A stretch of DNA of 64,000 bases, from assembly GCA_048939765.1 (NCBI GenBank), contig JBHLPF010000016.1, forward strand, positions 30 through 64,029, in the 5' to 3' direction. A program made the translations under genes and the position numbers. Under the pieces are notes generated by a model, which was given only the letters and a program-made list of their open reading frames with translations, was not told where the DNA came from and did not search any database. This stretch comes from Promethearchaeota archaeon (GTDB lineage: Archaea; Asgardarchaeota; Thorarchaeia; Thorarchaeales; Thorarchaeaceae). Position 1 is the stretch's first letter; each line of letters opens with the position of its first letter. Positions 15,897 to 24,869 of this stretch are shown one piece after another.

Positions 15897-16360
15897 GTCC
15901 CAGCACCTCCTGCTATTGCTGCTTCCTTCTGTCTAGCCTTCGGGATTGGTTTAGACAATGGACTGGGACCCAGTTTCTTGATGGTTTGGGTCATCTCAGT
16001 TATGCCTTCAGCCCATTGCTGGCCCTCCGATGCACTTGCCCATAGCAGCTTCAATCTATCAGGATGTAAGCCCATTAGGCTCAGCGCAGAGGATAGAGCT
16101 TCATAACGAACAAGTGTGCGATAATTGCCAGTAGAATAATGGCAATCTCCAATGTGGCATCCACTTATTATAACGCCGTCAGCTCCGTTCTTGAAGGCTT
16201 GGAGAACCATTAACGGATCCACACGGCCAGAACACATCAGGCGGATGACCTTCGCATTTGTGGGATACTGGATTCGAGAAATTCCGGCTAGGTCAGCCCC
16301 TCCGTACGAACACCAATTACAGGTGAAAGCCACAATATTCGGCTCAAAGCTCTTGCTCAT
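15893..16360 (-). CDS. mvhD: MvhD-type [2Fe-2S] subunit
   Basis: IVAFTCNWCSYGGADLAG...ISGCHIGDCHY, with a roughly 25-aa C-terminal tail. Confidence 0.85.
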   Translation of the reverse strand: MSKSFEPNIVAFTCNWCSYGGADLAGISRIQYPTNAKVIRLMCSGRVDPLMVLQAFKNGADGVIISGCHIGDCHYSTGNYRTLVRYEALSSALSLMGLHPDRLKLLWASASEGQQWAEGITEMTQTIKKLGPSPLSKPIPKARQKEAAIAGGAGT

Positions 16361-17271
16361 GTTGCTGCACCTCCTTTTCCAACTGCCCCTCCTTTGAGTT
16401 TAGCAACAAAAGAGGCAGTGCTAGCAGTATGCTGTTGAAGCCCGATTTCCTTGGGACTAAAACCAAAAGCCAGAGCGAGGATCTGGGGGTAATGGATGAC
16501 AGGGATATTCAGGTCTTCAATACCGTACTTATTCTTGATAATCCTCTGGCCCATATCATGCTGAATGTGACATAATGAACAGACAGTGACTAGTCCGTCG
16601 ACATCAGCTTCTTTTGCGTCCAATAGGCGTTCCTTGAGCACCTCATCCGCGAGGTCATCAGCTGATCCTCTAAGAAGCCCTCCGCAGCATCTGTGTCTAC
16701 CACTATAATTCTTGCTGGTTGCTCCAATACCTTCCAAGATTTCGTCTGCAAAGGTTGGCCGCTCAGAGTACTCGATGTTGAGGATTTCGTGTGGTTTAAG
16801 CATGTGACATCCATAGCGAAGTCCAAGCTCGACACCTTCGAAATCCTTCACCATCTTGCTTCTTATGACATCAATTCCAATCTCATGGTACAAGAAGTCG
16901 ATAAGATGAAACGCGTCAACAGTTCCATTGTATCTCAATCCAGCAGGCCGGAGGATGTTGTTAATCTGTTCATGAACTCCGGGGTATTTTTTGATGGTGT
17001 GATTGACTCTCTTATATGAGTGAAAACAACCGCTGCATGGTGTAAGCATGTTCAAACCCATCTCTTCTGCTTTGGCTAGATTACGGGATGCAAAGGCTAA
17101 GCTCGTTGTGAGGTCTAGCGACTGCATCCAAAATGGCGCACAACATGTCTCATTTGGGATATCAACTATCTCAACATCAAGATGCTCCAAGACCTTGCGA
17201 GTAGCCGCTTCATACCCAAGCAATGAGCGTCTAGAGGGAACAAGACAGCCCCAGGCAATAGCCATCTTCAT
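16357..17271 (-). CDS. hdrB: heterodisulfide reductase subunit B paralog
   Basis: NETCCAPF...CSGCFHS and RHRCCGGL...CSLCHIQ (two CCG domains). ATGA overlap with hdrC. Confidence 0.9.
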   Translation of the reverse strand: MKMAIAWGCLVPSRRSLLGYEAATRKVLEHLDVEIVDIPNETCCAPFWMQSLDLTTSLAFASRNLAKAEEMGLNMLTPCSGCFHSYKRVNHTIKKYPGVHEQINNILRPAGLRYNGTVDAFHLIDFLYHEIGIDVIRSKMVKDFEGVELGLRYGCHMLKPHEILNIEYSERPTFADEILEGIGATSKNYSGRHRCCGGLLRGSADDLADEVLKERLLDAKEADVDGLVTVCSLCHIQHDMGQRIIKNKYGIEDLNIPVIHYPQILALAFGFSPKEIGLQQHTASTASFVAKLKGGAVGKGGAAT

Positions 17272-17834
17272 AATGACTCATCCCTCCCTTTGTAGAGTGC
17301 GAGTATCTTATCGAAGCCAGAGGCTTGAATGATTTTAGCGATCTCATCCATCGCAGGCTCCTGCAATGGTGGTAGGTCAAGCTTCTCTCGCATCTTGTTC
17401 ACGGCAAAGGTCATTGGAACGACTCGACCGTGCTCAACAACAGTCTTCGCCATGTCCAAATAGCCCTCAGCGGCATGTCCTTCTCTCACTGCCATGTTCC
17501 GTAGTATCGTCACTATGTCGGTGAAGTTGACCTCTTGCACACAGCGCTCCTCACATGTAAAGCAAGCAGCACACATCCAGATATCATCACTAGAGAGCAC
17601 TAATTCCTTGAGTCCTAACAAGACATTCCCTAGCACTTTTCTGGGTCTATAATCAGTCACTGCTCCGACTGGACAACCTCCACTACAGGCTCCACATTTC
17701 AGGCATCTAAGCAGCCCTTCTCCCCCAACTTGACTTGCTACCTCATACTTGAAAGCCCGCGTTACATCCTCATCCCTAATTGGAGCATCGTCTCGTTGGG
17801 TCCTGACTTCATCAGTCTGTCCCATGTTCGTCAC
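17268..17834 (-). CDS. hdrC: heterodisulfide reductase subunit C paralog
   Basis: CLKCGACSGGCP and CAACFTCEERC. GTG start with an AAGGGGT SD; an alternative ATG lies 9 nt downstream. Confidence 0.85.
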   Translation of the reverse strand: MTNMGQTDEVRTQRDDAPIRDEDVTRAFKYEVASQVGGEGLLRCLKCGACSGGCPVGAVTDYRPRKVLGNVLLGLKELVLSSDDIWMCAACFTCEERCVQEVNFTDIVTILRNMAVREGHAAEGYLDMAKTVVEHGRVVPMTFAVNKMREKLDLPPLQEPAMDEIAKIIQASGFDKILALYKGRDESL

Positions 17835-17960
17835 CCAGTACCCCTTTCTGATCCCTGATGTGCTATCGATGTTATCGGGGTTCAGTCGACTACCAGTTTC
17901 CTCAGCGCAAAACCAGTAAGTTCCAATGCCACGTTTTCGATGTCCCTACTTTAAATCAGG

Positions 17961-17981
17961 TTTCATGAACGATATCGTACA
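17961..17981 (-). promoter_or_regulatory. conserved upstream box shared by both hdr operons (copy 2)
   Basis: See 10681..10701. It is followed towards the gene by the TATA-like TTTAAA at about 17948..17955. Confidence 0.3.
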
Positions 17982-18277
17982 AACTAGTATGGACAATTCG
18001 AAGTATTATATCTCTGACGATTCTGAATTCCATTCAACTGGAATCAATCGCTATTGTAATGCAAAGGATTCTCACGAAGTTATGATTGAAATCGTGCATT
18101 TCCAGACATATCGTGTCGAGAGCGCTTTTTGGCTCTCTGGTGACTTCTATTCACTCAAAACAGCGCACTTGTTCGATGTCAGCTCTACCGATACTATGAG
18201 AATTGCGATTTTGTTCACGTTTCGTGAGAGTAATGATTTGCGAATCCAATCATATCACCATTTAAGGAGTAACAATA

Positions 18278-18296
18278 TCGTGCATTTGATGCACGA
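18278..18296 (-). terminator. perfect 8-bp hairpin directly after the aminotransferase stop
   Basis: tcgtgcat-ttg-atgcacga, 3 nt downstream of the stop codon at 18300..18302, followed on the minus strand by the U-rich UAUUGUUACUCCUUAAAU. Confidence 0.35.
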
Positions 18297-18299
18297 AAT

Positions 18300-19439
18300 C
18301 TAAAACGACCGCAGCAGCTCATCAAACTTGGACAGACCTTCTATCAGCTTCTCCGAGCTGTACCCGAATCCAATTCTGAGATACCTCTCCATGCCAAAGT
18401 ATTCTCCAGGTATGATTAGCAGGCTCTTCTCACGTAGTAACCGGCCTACTAGCTCAAGTGAACTGATAGGAAGATTATGCTTCGGAAAGCATATTGCGGC
18501 AGCCTGCGGGGGAATGTACTCGAAGATATCTGATCGCTCATTCAGCCAGCCCTTGAGTATGTTCCAGTTCTTCTTCACTATGCCAGCAGTTCTCCCGAGT
18601 ATCTGCTTACGCATTTCTGGTTGCAAGGCAATTGTGGCGAGCATGTCACTAAGCTTACCCGGCCCTATTGTAGTGTAGTCAGAGTAAGACCATAGCTCTT
18701 TTGCGAATGGCGCCTCAGAAGTCAAGAGCCAACCAAGTCGAAGCCCGGGCAGACCGTATGCTTTGGATAGGCTATTCGTGACAATGACCTTATTATACAT
18801 CCCAAAAATAGTCGGGGTCATCTCAGAATCAAGCTCAGCCCCTTGATAGATTTCGTCCGAAATAACCCACGTGTCTACATCTGCGGCGATGTCTGAGATG
18901 GCCTTCAATTGCTCTGTATCAAAAATAGCACCTGTTGGATTATTCGGATTGCAGATAACAATGGCTGCAGTCTTGCTTGATACTGCGTTCTTCAGTCCTT
19001 CCAAATCAGGAAGCCACCGGCTTCCCTCCATTTGAAGATAGTATGGAACTACTTTACCGCCCAAGCCACGTGTGAGACCATGCATCTGCATGTAATTGGG
19101 GAGCATCATCACGATCTCGTTGCGGTGCTTGTGCTCATACAGCAGATTCCAGATGGTGATGAAGTTGGCTTCCGCGCCTCCGTTTGTTACAAGCACATTG
19201 TCTGCTGTCGCGCCTTCATACATGGCAGCTATTGTTTCTCGAAGCTGCACGGTGCCATTTGTCTGCGAATAGCCAATGCTTGTCTTAAGGAATGCATCGA
19301 GCTGTTCAGTGTCATGTATCAGGTCGGCGATTGACAAAGGACTTACTCCGCTCTCAGTGAGATTGATATCAACGATGTTTTCCCATTCAGATTGCATCCG
19401 CTCCATCTCAAAAGCATTAAGTTTCACAATTCGCACCAT
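18300..19439 (-). CDS. class I/II PLP-dependent aminotransferase
   Basis: ICNPNNPTG and the PLP-lysine motif NSLSKAYGLPGLRLGW. The track start at 19472 is a TTG, so I trimmed it to the ATG at 19439, which leaves a TATATAA box (19479..19485) about 40 nt upstream. Confidence 0.85.
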   Translation of the reverse strand: MVRIVKLNAFEMERMQSEWENIVDINLTESGVSPLSIADLIHDTEQLDAFLKTSIGYSQTNGTVQLRETIAAMYEGATADNVLVTNGGAEANFITIWNLLYEHKHRNEIVMMLPNYMQMHGLTRGLGGKVVPYYLQMEGSRWLPDLEGLKNAVSSKTAAIVICNPNNPTGAIFDTEQLKAISDIAADVDTWVISDEIYQGAELDSEMTPTIFGMYNKVIVTNSLSKAYGLPGLRLGWLLTSEAPFAKELWSYSDYTTIGPGKLSDMLATIALQPEMRKQILGRTAGIVKKNWNILKGWLNERSDIFEYIPPQAAAICFPKHNLPISSLELVGRLLREKSLLIIPGEYFGMERYLRIGFGYSSEKLIEGLSKFDELLRSF

Positions 19440-19478
19440 CCAGCTGAACCGTTGCCTCGCGATTTGGCCCAATCGAGC

Positions 19479-19485
19479 TATATAA
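19479..19485. promoter_or_regulatory. TATA-like box in the divergent aminotransferase/EamA intergenic region
   Basis: tatataa sits about 40-47 nt from both divergent start codons (19439 minus strand, 19532 plus strand). Confidence 0.3.
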
Positions 19486-19531
19486 GAAGTCCGAAGCAGT
19501 CTGCGAGTTTCGTCAGGGAGAATGAAGACTA

Positions 19532-20434
19532 TTGGATGAATTTACGTTTGGCGTCATCTTGGGAGTGCTCTGTGCGCTATTCTTTGCTGTTCAAAATGTT
19601 GTCATAAAGTGGATAGGAGAAGATGTCCGCCCCGTTGCTGCCAATTCAATTCGAGTTTGGATTTCTCTCCCTATTGTCTTCTTTATAGCAGTGAATCCCT
19701 TCCGTCAATCGAATCTTGCATTACCACTCGAAACCTACATAGCTCTGGTGTTATCTGTGTTCTTCGCCGCAGGTTTTGCGGACACAGTCTATTACCAGAG
19801 TCAGGACAGGATTGGGGTTTCTTCTGCATTTGCTATAACAAACACCTATCCAATAGTAACCTACGTCCTAGCAATCCTATTTCTCGGTGACTCATGGATT
19901 CCAGTGCGTTTCCTTGGAGTGGTCCTGGCCATTTCTGGCATCATTCTAATTTCACGGGAACAGGATGTTCAATACCTTGACAAACCTGAAGTGAAGACAG
20001 GCGGATTGGACAAAATCGGATACTTCATGGCGGCTATCACTGCCATAATGTATGCATTGGCAACCATTATGGTGGATATTGGAACCACTGGGATCGATCC
20101 ATTGGATGCCAATTTGATAAGATTGGCATGTGGGTCACTAATGCTTATGCCGGCATTTTATTTCTCTAGAAGAAGGGGAATGCGAATGCCATCTAGACAT
20201 GGGATCAAAGTTGTAGCTGGTGCTGCAATTCTCGGAATGGCATTGGCTTCAACATTTTGGGTTGCATCAGTGAAATTCGTTGGAGCCACAATAAGTGCAG
20301 TTTTAGGTTCAACATCACCTCTCTTTGCATTGCCCCTTTCCATGAGATATCTTGATGAAACAGTGAATTGGAAAGTAGGAATAGGCACACTTGCAACGAT
20401 AATCGGAATATGGATAGCTTTAATCGCTGGATGA
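19532..20434 (+). CDS. EamA/DMT-family transporter
   Basis: 300 aa with about 10 predicted TM helices in two EamA-like halves. TTG start; no in-frame ATG is available upstream. Confidence 0.8.
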   Translation: MDEFTFGVILGVLCALFFAVQNVVIKWIGEDVRPVAANSIRVWISLPIVFFIAVNPFRQSNLALPLETYIALVLSVFFAAGFADTVYYQSQDRIGVSSAFAITNTYPIVTYVLAILFLGDSWIPVRFLGVVLAISGIILISREQDVQYLDKPEVKTGGLDKIGYFMAAITAIMYALATIMVDIGTTGIDPLDANLIRLACGSLMLMPAFYFSRRRGMRMPSRHGIKVVAGAAILGMALASTFWVASVKFVGATISAVLGSTSPLFALPLSMRYLDETVNWKVGIGTLATIIGIWIALIAG

Positions 20435-20456
20435 CAGGTCGCTTCCTGCGATTCTA

Positions 20457-22337
20457 TTACACCACCTCAAAGAGCGAGGGTGAAATATATTCGCCATGTG
20501 CCTGCTTTGCTTCTTGTAGCCTTTCTCTCTGCTCATTTAGCAGCTTGGATAGAATATCGGGGGCGTCGGATACAAATTCGAAGTATTCTTGTTCAATCCT
20601 ATCAATCTTCGCCAGCAGTTCTGGGACACGTATCATGAATTGCCTCTCGTATTGCTCATATGTGTATTCCTTATCCAGATGTTTCTTGAAGAGCTGTTTC
20701 AGATCCTCGAACAGTGGTATATACCCTGTAGGTGTGCTTCTTGCTTTCGCTTCTCCATGGACCCGTAAATCCATCCATTGAAGCCAAACCCGTTTGTCTG
20801 CCTTGTCGGTAAGGTAATTTCCATCTTCAGCCAGCTGGAAGTAATTAACACTGAATATTATCGGAACCTTTTGGAGCGATTCAACAAAGACAAGATGGTT
20901 GGTGATGTATTTCCCCAACGGAATGGAAATGAAGTCCATATTGGAGAATGCTTGGAACTTGCGAACTCCGCTTGGGCCAAGAGTTGCTGCAGTGGATTCT
21001 GACTCCAGACTCGCACCCATTGTGACTACCCCATGCGCCCAGTCAAACGACTGCTGGACAGGAACCCATGTGTCAGCATCCCTGCCCCCATAGATAATTG
21101 CCCCAAGCTCCACACCGCATGGATCTTCCAGAGTCTTATCTACATTGGAAAGCCCCTCTAAGCCTATAGTATACCGTGCATTCTTATGAGCATAGGGAAT
21201 GTCTTCACCATTTTCATCTTTCTTTCCCTCAAACCAGTCTCCTGAGAAATTAATACCCCTCTTCGGCGGTTTGCGGCCATCCTCCAACCAATATGGAATT
21301 CCGTCGTAGCTCACAAGGACATTGGAGAAGATGGCGGGCTCATGTGAATTCAGTACCTCCCATATTACAGGGTCGTCCTTTGCACTCACTGAGCGAATTA
21401 TGCCGAAGATTCCTCTTTCAACATTTACCGCGGTTGCAACGCCATCTATATTCTTGATATATGCTAAATCATCACCCACAATTGTGCAGCCGGGAATCAT
21501 TGAGGTACTTGTCTTCCCGCAGCCCGATGGGAATGCACCAGTCATATAGGTCTTCCTTCCATTCGGGCCAAAGACTGACATTAAGAACATATGCTCAGCC
21601 AACCAGCCCTCTCTGTCAGCCTTTCGTATTGCTAGACGAAGAGACAGTTTCTTCAGTCCTATTGAGTTACCAGCATACTGTGTATTGAAACTATAGACAG
21701 TATTTCCTTTGTAGTCAATAGCTACTCCTCTATTTTGCCAATCTATGCTCACAGAATGGATTAGCTTTCCAGAGCTATGAAGCATCTGAAAAATCTCTGC
21801 ATCCTCTGGTAGTCTCCGAAAGTAGTCGTAGCCACGTCGATAGAGTAAGTCCTCGCTGTGTGCAACATAGAACGAATCAGTGATCTGTATGACTGGAATA
21901 GAAAACACTGAATCCCGAGGGCCAAGACAAAAGAAGCGGACAACCATCTTTTTGTTTTGCATGCTTCCCCTCAATCTATCCTGCACCATTTCGAGACCCT
22001 TCTTCCTATCCATTTGATTAAGCTGCTCACCAAGAGTCTCGCCTTCAGGAACCAGATAGGTCGTCTGTTCTCTGTCTCGTGCTTGATCGTTCAATCCATC
22101 GAAGTGAACGGTGTGAGTTGGAATTGCTAGAGGAGTTTCCTCACCTCTTGCTATGGCAGTCCTTCTGATGTACTCCACATCCATTCGACTATCATCACAG
22201 ATGAAGACCTTCATCGGGTCGCATAGCTCAATTGCTTCTGCAATGAACTTGTGAACTCTCTGATTGGGAATTGTCAAGAGTTTTCTTAGGTTCGCATCAG
22301 TGAGGCGTGATTCGAGGATGGATATGTAGTCGTTCAC
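20457..22337 (-). CDS. pckG: phosphoenolpyruvate carboxykinase (GTP)
   Basis: 626 aa with the P-loop/kinase-1a region GAFPSGCGKTSTSM and overall GTP-PEPCK-like length and motifs. GTG start with GAGGTG 5 nt upstream. Confidence 0.9.
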   Translation of the reverse strand: MNDYISILESRLTDANLRKLLTIPNQRVHKFIAEAIELCDPMKVFICDDSRMDVEYIRRTAIARGEETPLAIPTHTVHFDGLNDQARDREQTTYLVPEGETLGEQLNQMDRKKGLEMVQDRLRGSMQNKKMVVRFFCLGPRDSVFSIPVIQITDSFYVAHSEDLLYRRGYDYFRRLPEDAEIFQMLHSSGKLIHSVSIDWQNRGVAIDYKGNTVYSFNTQYAGNSIGLKKLSLRLAIRKADREGWLAEHMFLMSVFGPNGRKTYMTGAFPSGCGKTSTSMIPGCTIVGDDLAYIKNIDGVATAVNVERGIFGIIRSVSAKDDPVIWEVLNSHEPAIFSNVLVSYDGIPYWLEDGRKPPKRGINFSGDWFEGKKDENGEDIPYAHKNARYTIGLEGLSNVDKTLEDPCGVELGAIIYGGRDADTWVPVQQSFDWAHGVVTMGASLESESTAATLGPSGVRKFQAFSNMDFISIPLGKYITNHLVFVESLQKVPIIFSVNYFQLAEDGNYLTDKADKRVWLQWMDLRVHGEAKARSTPTGYIPLFEDLKQLFKKHLDKEYTYEQYERQFMIRVPELLAKIDRIEQEYFEFVSDAPDILSKLLNEQRERLQEAKQAHGEYISPSLFEVV

Positions 22338-22586
22338 GTGAACACCTCAACTCATAACCTGAGTTTGACAAATCGCGATTGCCATGTTTGTTTTATAACG
22401 CACGCGCCAGCGGCAATGTCGCGAATCGCTCACACCTTTAACACTTTCTGTACCAGAAGCAAAAAGTGCTAGTTTAGAGCCAGTGGTTGGGCAAGAAGGT
22501 AACACTCAAAAGCTAGGCGGAAGCGAACACTGACTGTGCCCAACTCAATTGGGCTGATGATTGTCTGCTGCTCGGAGTGTGCTCGA

Positions 22587-24797
22587 ATGCTCAAGGAGTT
22601 CGATTATGATGTGCCGAAGATTGAGCGGGGGTATGCCAACCAGACCCTTTACATTAATCTCAATGATAATTCCATCAGGATCAAGCCTGTTGATGCCAAG
22701 ATGAAAGCAACCTTCACTGGCGGGAAAGGTTTCGACCTCTGGTTGATGTGGAATAGTCTTCCCAAAGACCGAATTGTGAACTGGGACGACCCTGATAATG
22801 AGATTTGCATTGCGACAGGTCCACTCGGCGGTATAACCCAGTACCCAGGTGCAGGCAAATCAATTGTTACAGCTATTTCTCCTGAAACAGGTCAAGTCAT
22901 TGATAGCAACGTGGGAGGCTATTTCGGACCCAATTTGAAATTCTCAGGCTTCGATGCCTTGGAGATTCAGGGGAAAGCCAAGAAGGATGTATACATCTTC
23001 ATCGATGGCGATAATGGGAAAATCGAGATTCATGACGCTTCAGACCTCCCTGACACTGCCTATGAAATCACTCATGTTTTGAGCTTAAGGCATACAGACA
23101 AGGAAGGAAAGGATGTGTCTGTAGTTACTGCAGGTCCCGGAGGGAAACACTCATGGTTCAGCTGCCTCAATTTCTCTTGGTGGGATATGAGGCGAAACAT
23201 TCCGCGCTATAAGCAAGCAGGACGCGGAGGAATTGGGACCGTCTTTCGAAATAAGAAGATAAAGGCACTTGTTGCCAAGAAGGAAAAAATCACGCTAGAA
23301 ATGAATGGCCCTGCAGATCTCGAAGGTGTCAAGAAGGTTGGAAGAGAACACTCCGGTGAAATACTTGAGGTGGACCCCAAGCAGAACAGAATGCGCGTTG
23401 TTGGCACTGCCCACCTCCCTTCCATCATGGACGAGTTCGACCTTCTGCCTACATGGAATTTCAGGGCGGGTGGAGCTCCGGAGGCTAAGACCCTCTTCGC
23501 TGATGTTTGGGAAAAGACCTACACTAACACCGGAAAGGGGTGGGATGGCTGTTGGAGACCCTGCGCTATTAACTGCTCACACTGTATCGAAGGATTTGTT
23601 CCGAAGACGGGACCATTCAAGGGCAAGAAGGTTGTAGTCGACGGTCCGGAGTATGAAACCGTTGCAGGCTGCGGTTCTAACGTGGGAATCTTTGACCCCC
23701 ACTGGGTGGCAGAGCTGAACTTCTACTGTGATGCCTATGGCATTGATACAATCAGCTTTGGTACGACCATGGCTTTCGTGATGGAACTCTTCTCAGACGG
23801 ACATATCAGCAAAAAAGCTACAGGGGGCCATGCTCTCAAATGGGGAGCAGCAGAGGAAGCTCTAGCAGTACTACATGAGATTGCAGAGGGCAATGGTTTT
23901 GGAGGACAGCACTTCGGGAAAGGCGTGGCATACTTGAAGAAGTATTTCGCTGAGAAATTTGGAGTCGACTCAAAACATATGCAGGACATTGGAATGGAAC
24001 ACAAGGGTCTTGAATACTCGGAATATGTCACCAAGGAGAGCCTTGCTCAGCAGGGCGGCTACGGTCTCACTTTGAAGGGACCGCAGCATGATGAAGCATG
24101 GCTTATCTTCATGGATCAAGTCCACAAGTACCTACCGACTTTCGAGGACAAAGCTCAAGCACTTCACTACTTCCCGATGTGGAGAACATGGTTCGGTCTT
24201 AATGGATTATGCAAACTACCCTGGAACGATGTGGTACCGGCAGATAACGCAGACACCGATGAACCAGCCAAGGTGCCAGTCCATGTAGCATTTTATGCTC
24301 GTTTCTTCAGCGCCGTCACTGGTCGCAAGGTGAAGGGCGATGATCTCATTGAGATGAGTGAGAAAGTCTACAACTTCCAACGTATCTTCAATATTCGGCA
24401 GGGAAAGGGACTCAGGATAAACGATTCCTTCATTCCCTATCGCAGTGCTGGACCAGTGACAAATTGGGAATATGAGAGCCGGCAAGAGAGATACGATGAG
24501 CAGCTCGAGGAATTGGGTATTGATATTTCTGGAATGAATACCACTGAGAAGAACAAAGCTCTGCGAAAGCATAGAGAGGAAGCGTATCGGCTACTAACTG
24601 ATGCGGCCTACAAGCGTCGCGGCTGGACGCGCAATGGTGTCCCCAGCATGAAGAAGGTCAAGAAGCTAGGTCTTGATTGGATTCCTGAGGTTGTGGAGAT
24701 TGTGAAGAAGCATGAAGGAACAGAACCTCCGAAAGATACACTTCCCGCTTCTAATAAAGCCTGGAAAAACCGCAAGACAACGATCCGTGAAGACTGA
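22587..24797 (+). CDS. aldehyde:ferredoxin oxidoreductase family tungsto/molybdopterin enzyme (long form, 736 aa)
   Basis: DGPEYETVAGCGSNVG (EYE motif) and the Cys motif CWRPCAINCSHC. The N-terminus MLKEFDYDVPKIERGYANQTLYINL fits AOR starts. The track's GTG extension was trimmed, and GGAGTG lies upstream of the ATG. Confidence 0.85.
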   Translation: MLKEFDYDVPKIERGYANQTLYINLNDNSIRIKPVDAKMKATFTGGKGFDLWLMWNSLPKDRIVNWDDPDNEICIATGPLGGITQYPGAGKSIVTAISPETGQVIDSNVGGYFGPNLKFSGFDALEIQGKAKKDVYIFIDGDNGKIEIHDASDLPDTAYEITHVLSLRHTDKEGKDVSVVTAGPGGKHSWFSCLNFSWWDMRRNIPRYKQAGRGGIGTVFRNKKIKALVAKKEKITLEMNGPADLEGVKKVGREHSGEILEVDPKQNRMRVVGTAHLPSIMDEFDLLPTWNFRAGGAPEAKTLFADVWEKTYTNTGKGWDGCWRPCAINCSHCIEGFVPKTGPFKGKKVVVDGPEYETVAGCGSNVGIFDPHWVAELNFYCDAYGIDTISFGTTMAFVMELFSDGHISKKATGGHALKWGAAEEALAVLHEIAEGNGFGGQHFGKGVAYLKKYFAEKFGVDSKHMQDIGMEHKGLEYSEYVTKESLAQQGGYGLTLKGPQHDEAWLIFMDQVHKYLPTFEDKAQALHYFPMWRTWFGLNGLCKLPWNDVVPADNADTDEPAKVPVHVAFYARFFSAVTGRKVKGDDLIEMSEKVYNFQRIFNIRQGKGLRINDSFIPYRSAGPVTNWEYESRQERYDEQLEELGIDISGMNTTEKNKALRKHREEAYRLLTDAAYKRRGWTRNGVPSMKKVKKLGLDWIPEVVEIVKKHEGTEPPKDTLPASNKAWKNRKTTIRED

Positions 24798-24869
24798 TGC
24801 AAAACACTAAATGCATAGTTGGAGAAGCTCCCACAAATCAGCGATTATTCGCAATCTCTGGGAAGTTGT

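Noticed and set aside
15225-16106. 293-aa ORF on the plus strand
   Set aside because: It is fully antisense to the strongly supported hdrA-core and mvhD genes. It has no motif content and a shadow-ORF composition.
17926-18303. 125-aa plus-strand ORF in the AT-rich spacer upstream of hdr operon 2
   Set aside because: It has no SD, its composition is driven by AT-rich DNA, and it overlaps the repeat and hairpin elements. I treat the region as regulatory, not coding.
22536-22586. GTG-extended N-terminus of the long AOR (MPNSIGLMIVCCSECAR)
   Set aside because: The ATG at 22587 has an SD and yields a canonical AOR N-terminus, so the extension is likely untranslated leader.
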